The notes under the pieces: model-generated
Told to the model about the DNA's origin: nothing
The model's input: the letters and a program-made list of their open reading frames with translations, nothing else
Databases searched by the model: none
Shown: positions 62,423-64,000 of the stretch, piece by piece
How positions within the stretch are numbered: the first letter of the stretch is position 1
Layout of the letters: each line of letters opens with the position of its first letter
Position numbers and translations under genes: made by a program
Assembly: GCA_965178125.1 (NCBI GenBank)
Contig: OZ237754.1
Location: 496,001-560,000 of the forward strand
Length of the DNA: 64,000 nt
Origin: Bilabrum cf. latius
Taxonomy: Eukaryota
Direction of reading: 5' to 3'

Positions 62423-64000
62423 TCATGCCATCTTCATCGTGCTGAAGATGGTTGTACGGTCGATGCAGTTGTTGGTCCTCCTTCTCTTCCCGGCGACTAG
62501 ACTCTGTTCTTGCGGCACTTATCACCGCAATGCAGCAAAATTCTGGCGATTAGACCAAATATTTAGAGAAAATGCCCCATAGTTAGTTAGACCCTGCAGT
62601 TTTGTGGTCTCCATGACGATGTTTTCGCGATCGCCGATCCTAGTGAATCTCTTGCTGCTTGGTTCCCAATCCACGCAGCTGCAATGGCATCAGTTATCCT
62701 GTATCTTGGCCCATCAGACGGTATTGCTTTAGCATATTCATCCAAAGGTTTGTATTCCGGCCTTACTAGCCCAAAACTAGATGCTGTTTGGGTCCTCAGC
62801 ACCGCTGTGGCGATGCGAGAATTGCCAATGCTTGGCATCACAGTCCCTCAGCCGGCAAATCCGTTGAAGGATAAATCATTGGATGAATATGTTGGTGTGG
62901 CAGCTGGCATGCACTCATTATGCTGTGTGGATGCCTGCCTTGCTTTTCCATGCGTTTCGCTTGCTGCCGTTCCACAAGCTCCCCCAATGATCAATCAAGT
63001 TTCAGGCGTGGTAGGATACTCACTTGATAGACTTCACCATATCATGGATACACCTGTCAAGCTCCAAGACTCGAGCGAAACCATAGAGCCATCCAGTCTC
63101 CAGTCTGACCAATCCAGATACTATTCGTAGTACGATGTCACGCTGGCGGCAACCGGGATGATGGTGGCTGCTTAGTAGTTCTTTGAAGACGTCACTGAAA
63201 CAGACGACCCGCTGAAGGAGCTAGCTGCTGCATGCTTGCGGGAGCGTGCACGGGCAGGCAGCGCACAGGATGAGGACGAGGACGACATGCAGGCACAGCC
63301 AGCAGCCTCGGCAATACTCCGTCTCCCAGACGACGCCAGGTCCATAGTTTTCTCTAGCGATGAAGAGGCAAACGAGCGCGTGACAAGCGGGGTAGTTGCA
63401 TACTTGGATGGGTTCAAGCCAAACCTTCGCGACCGTGGCCAGACCGACCACTCAATGCTGGGCAGATACTCTGACAGCCTCGCCGACGCCGTCGGCAGCT
63501 CGCTTGCAACTCAAGACTTTGCCATGAGCATCAATTTAGAGGGCGACTCTGCAATTGGTCGCGCAAGGGTACCAGGTGGCAGGAATCGCGCGGGCCAGCC
63601 TGCAGGGGTCCCAGTTGCTAGAGAGGGGTCAACTCCAAGTAAGAACATGAAGAAACTGAACGTGCCCCACGTTACCAAGTCCACTACTGCAAGCGTGGGG
63701 CGCGTTCAGCGTCATAGCTCGCACTTCCCAGCTGGTACTAGCTTGACAGACATATGTCTTGTGGCCGATCAACCGCTCGAGGAGCACAGAAATGGCGCGA
63801 AGGTATCTCCTGCTGCATCCCGGAGTTCGCACTCGACCGCAAGTGCAGTCGAACTTGGCCGAGGTGCCGCCAGCACAGCAATAGAGGAGAGATGGCAGTA
63901 TCGGCGGGTTTCGTCTGCCATGCACACAATGCGATGGACGAGGATGGCCATTCGGATGCAAAGCGTCAAGAAGGTCTTATTGTTCCGTCTTGCGGAGTTT
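62423..64000 (+). CDS. Hypothetical protein, 3'-partial; start unresolved
   Basis: The frame of ORF 62684 is open from 62423 to the window end, with only TAG interruptions (e.g. 63128 and tandem 63173-63178). Confidence 0.5.

Noticed and set aside
1-64000. Mass pseudogenisation or RIP-like C>T hypermutation as the source of the internal stops
   Set aside because: There are no frameshifts and catalytic motifs are intact. CpA>TpA mutation would also turn the common CAA codons into TAA, and no in-frame TAA was seen.

Overview
Gene-dense, GC-rich eukaryotic nuclear DNA with short GT-AG introns; it resembles a heterotrophic stramenopile such as a Cafeteria-like bicosoecid, though the taxon is my inference. 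The ORF track is fragmented because the window does not follow the standard code. In-frame TAG interrupts most genes, and where it falls on a conserved residue that residue is Gln (SNF2 motif VI DRAHRIG[TAG]TKPV, OTC IF[TAG]KRSTRTR and EDI[TAG]LG, NIPA GVNT[TAG]KYS). Every gene model ends in TAA or TGA. Reading UAG as Gln merges the fragments into about 21 genes: Ulp2/SENP6-7-like protease, NIPA Mg2+ transporter, ARPC3, DUF155/RMND1-like, UCH-L3, membrane-anchored Arb2/FAM172-like protein, OTC, a ~3065-aa disordered protein, monoglyceride lipase, formin with CCDC53-like repeats, ICME, HMG-box ISWI, RIC1, F-box/Tudor-like, EF-hand, GnT-I-like, two Cys-rich membrane paralogs and hypothetical proteins. 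A tandem stack of three 5'-truncated, (TC)n-tailed retroelement ends lies at ~18.86-19.57 kb. Family assignments come from recalled motifs, not database searches.
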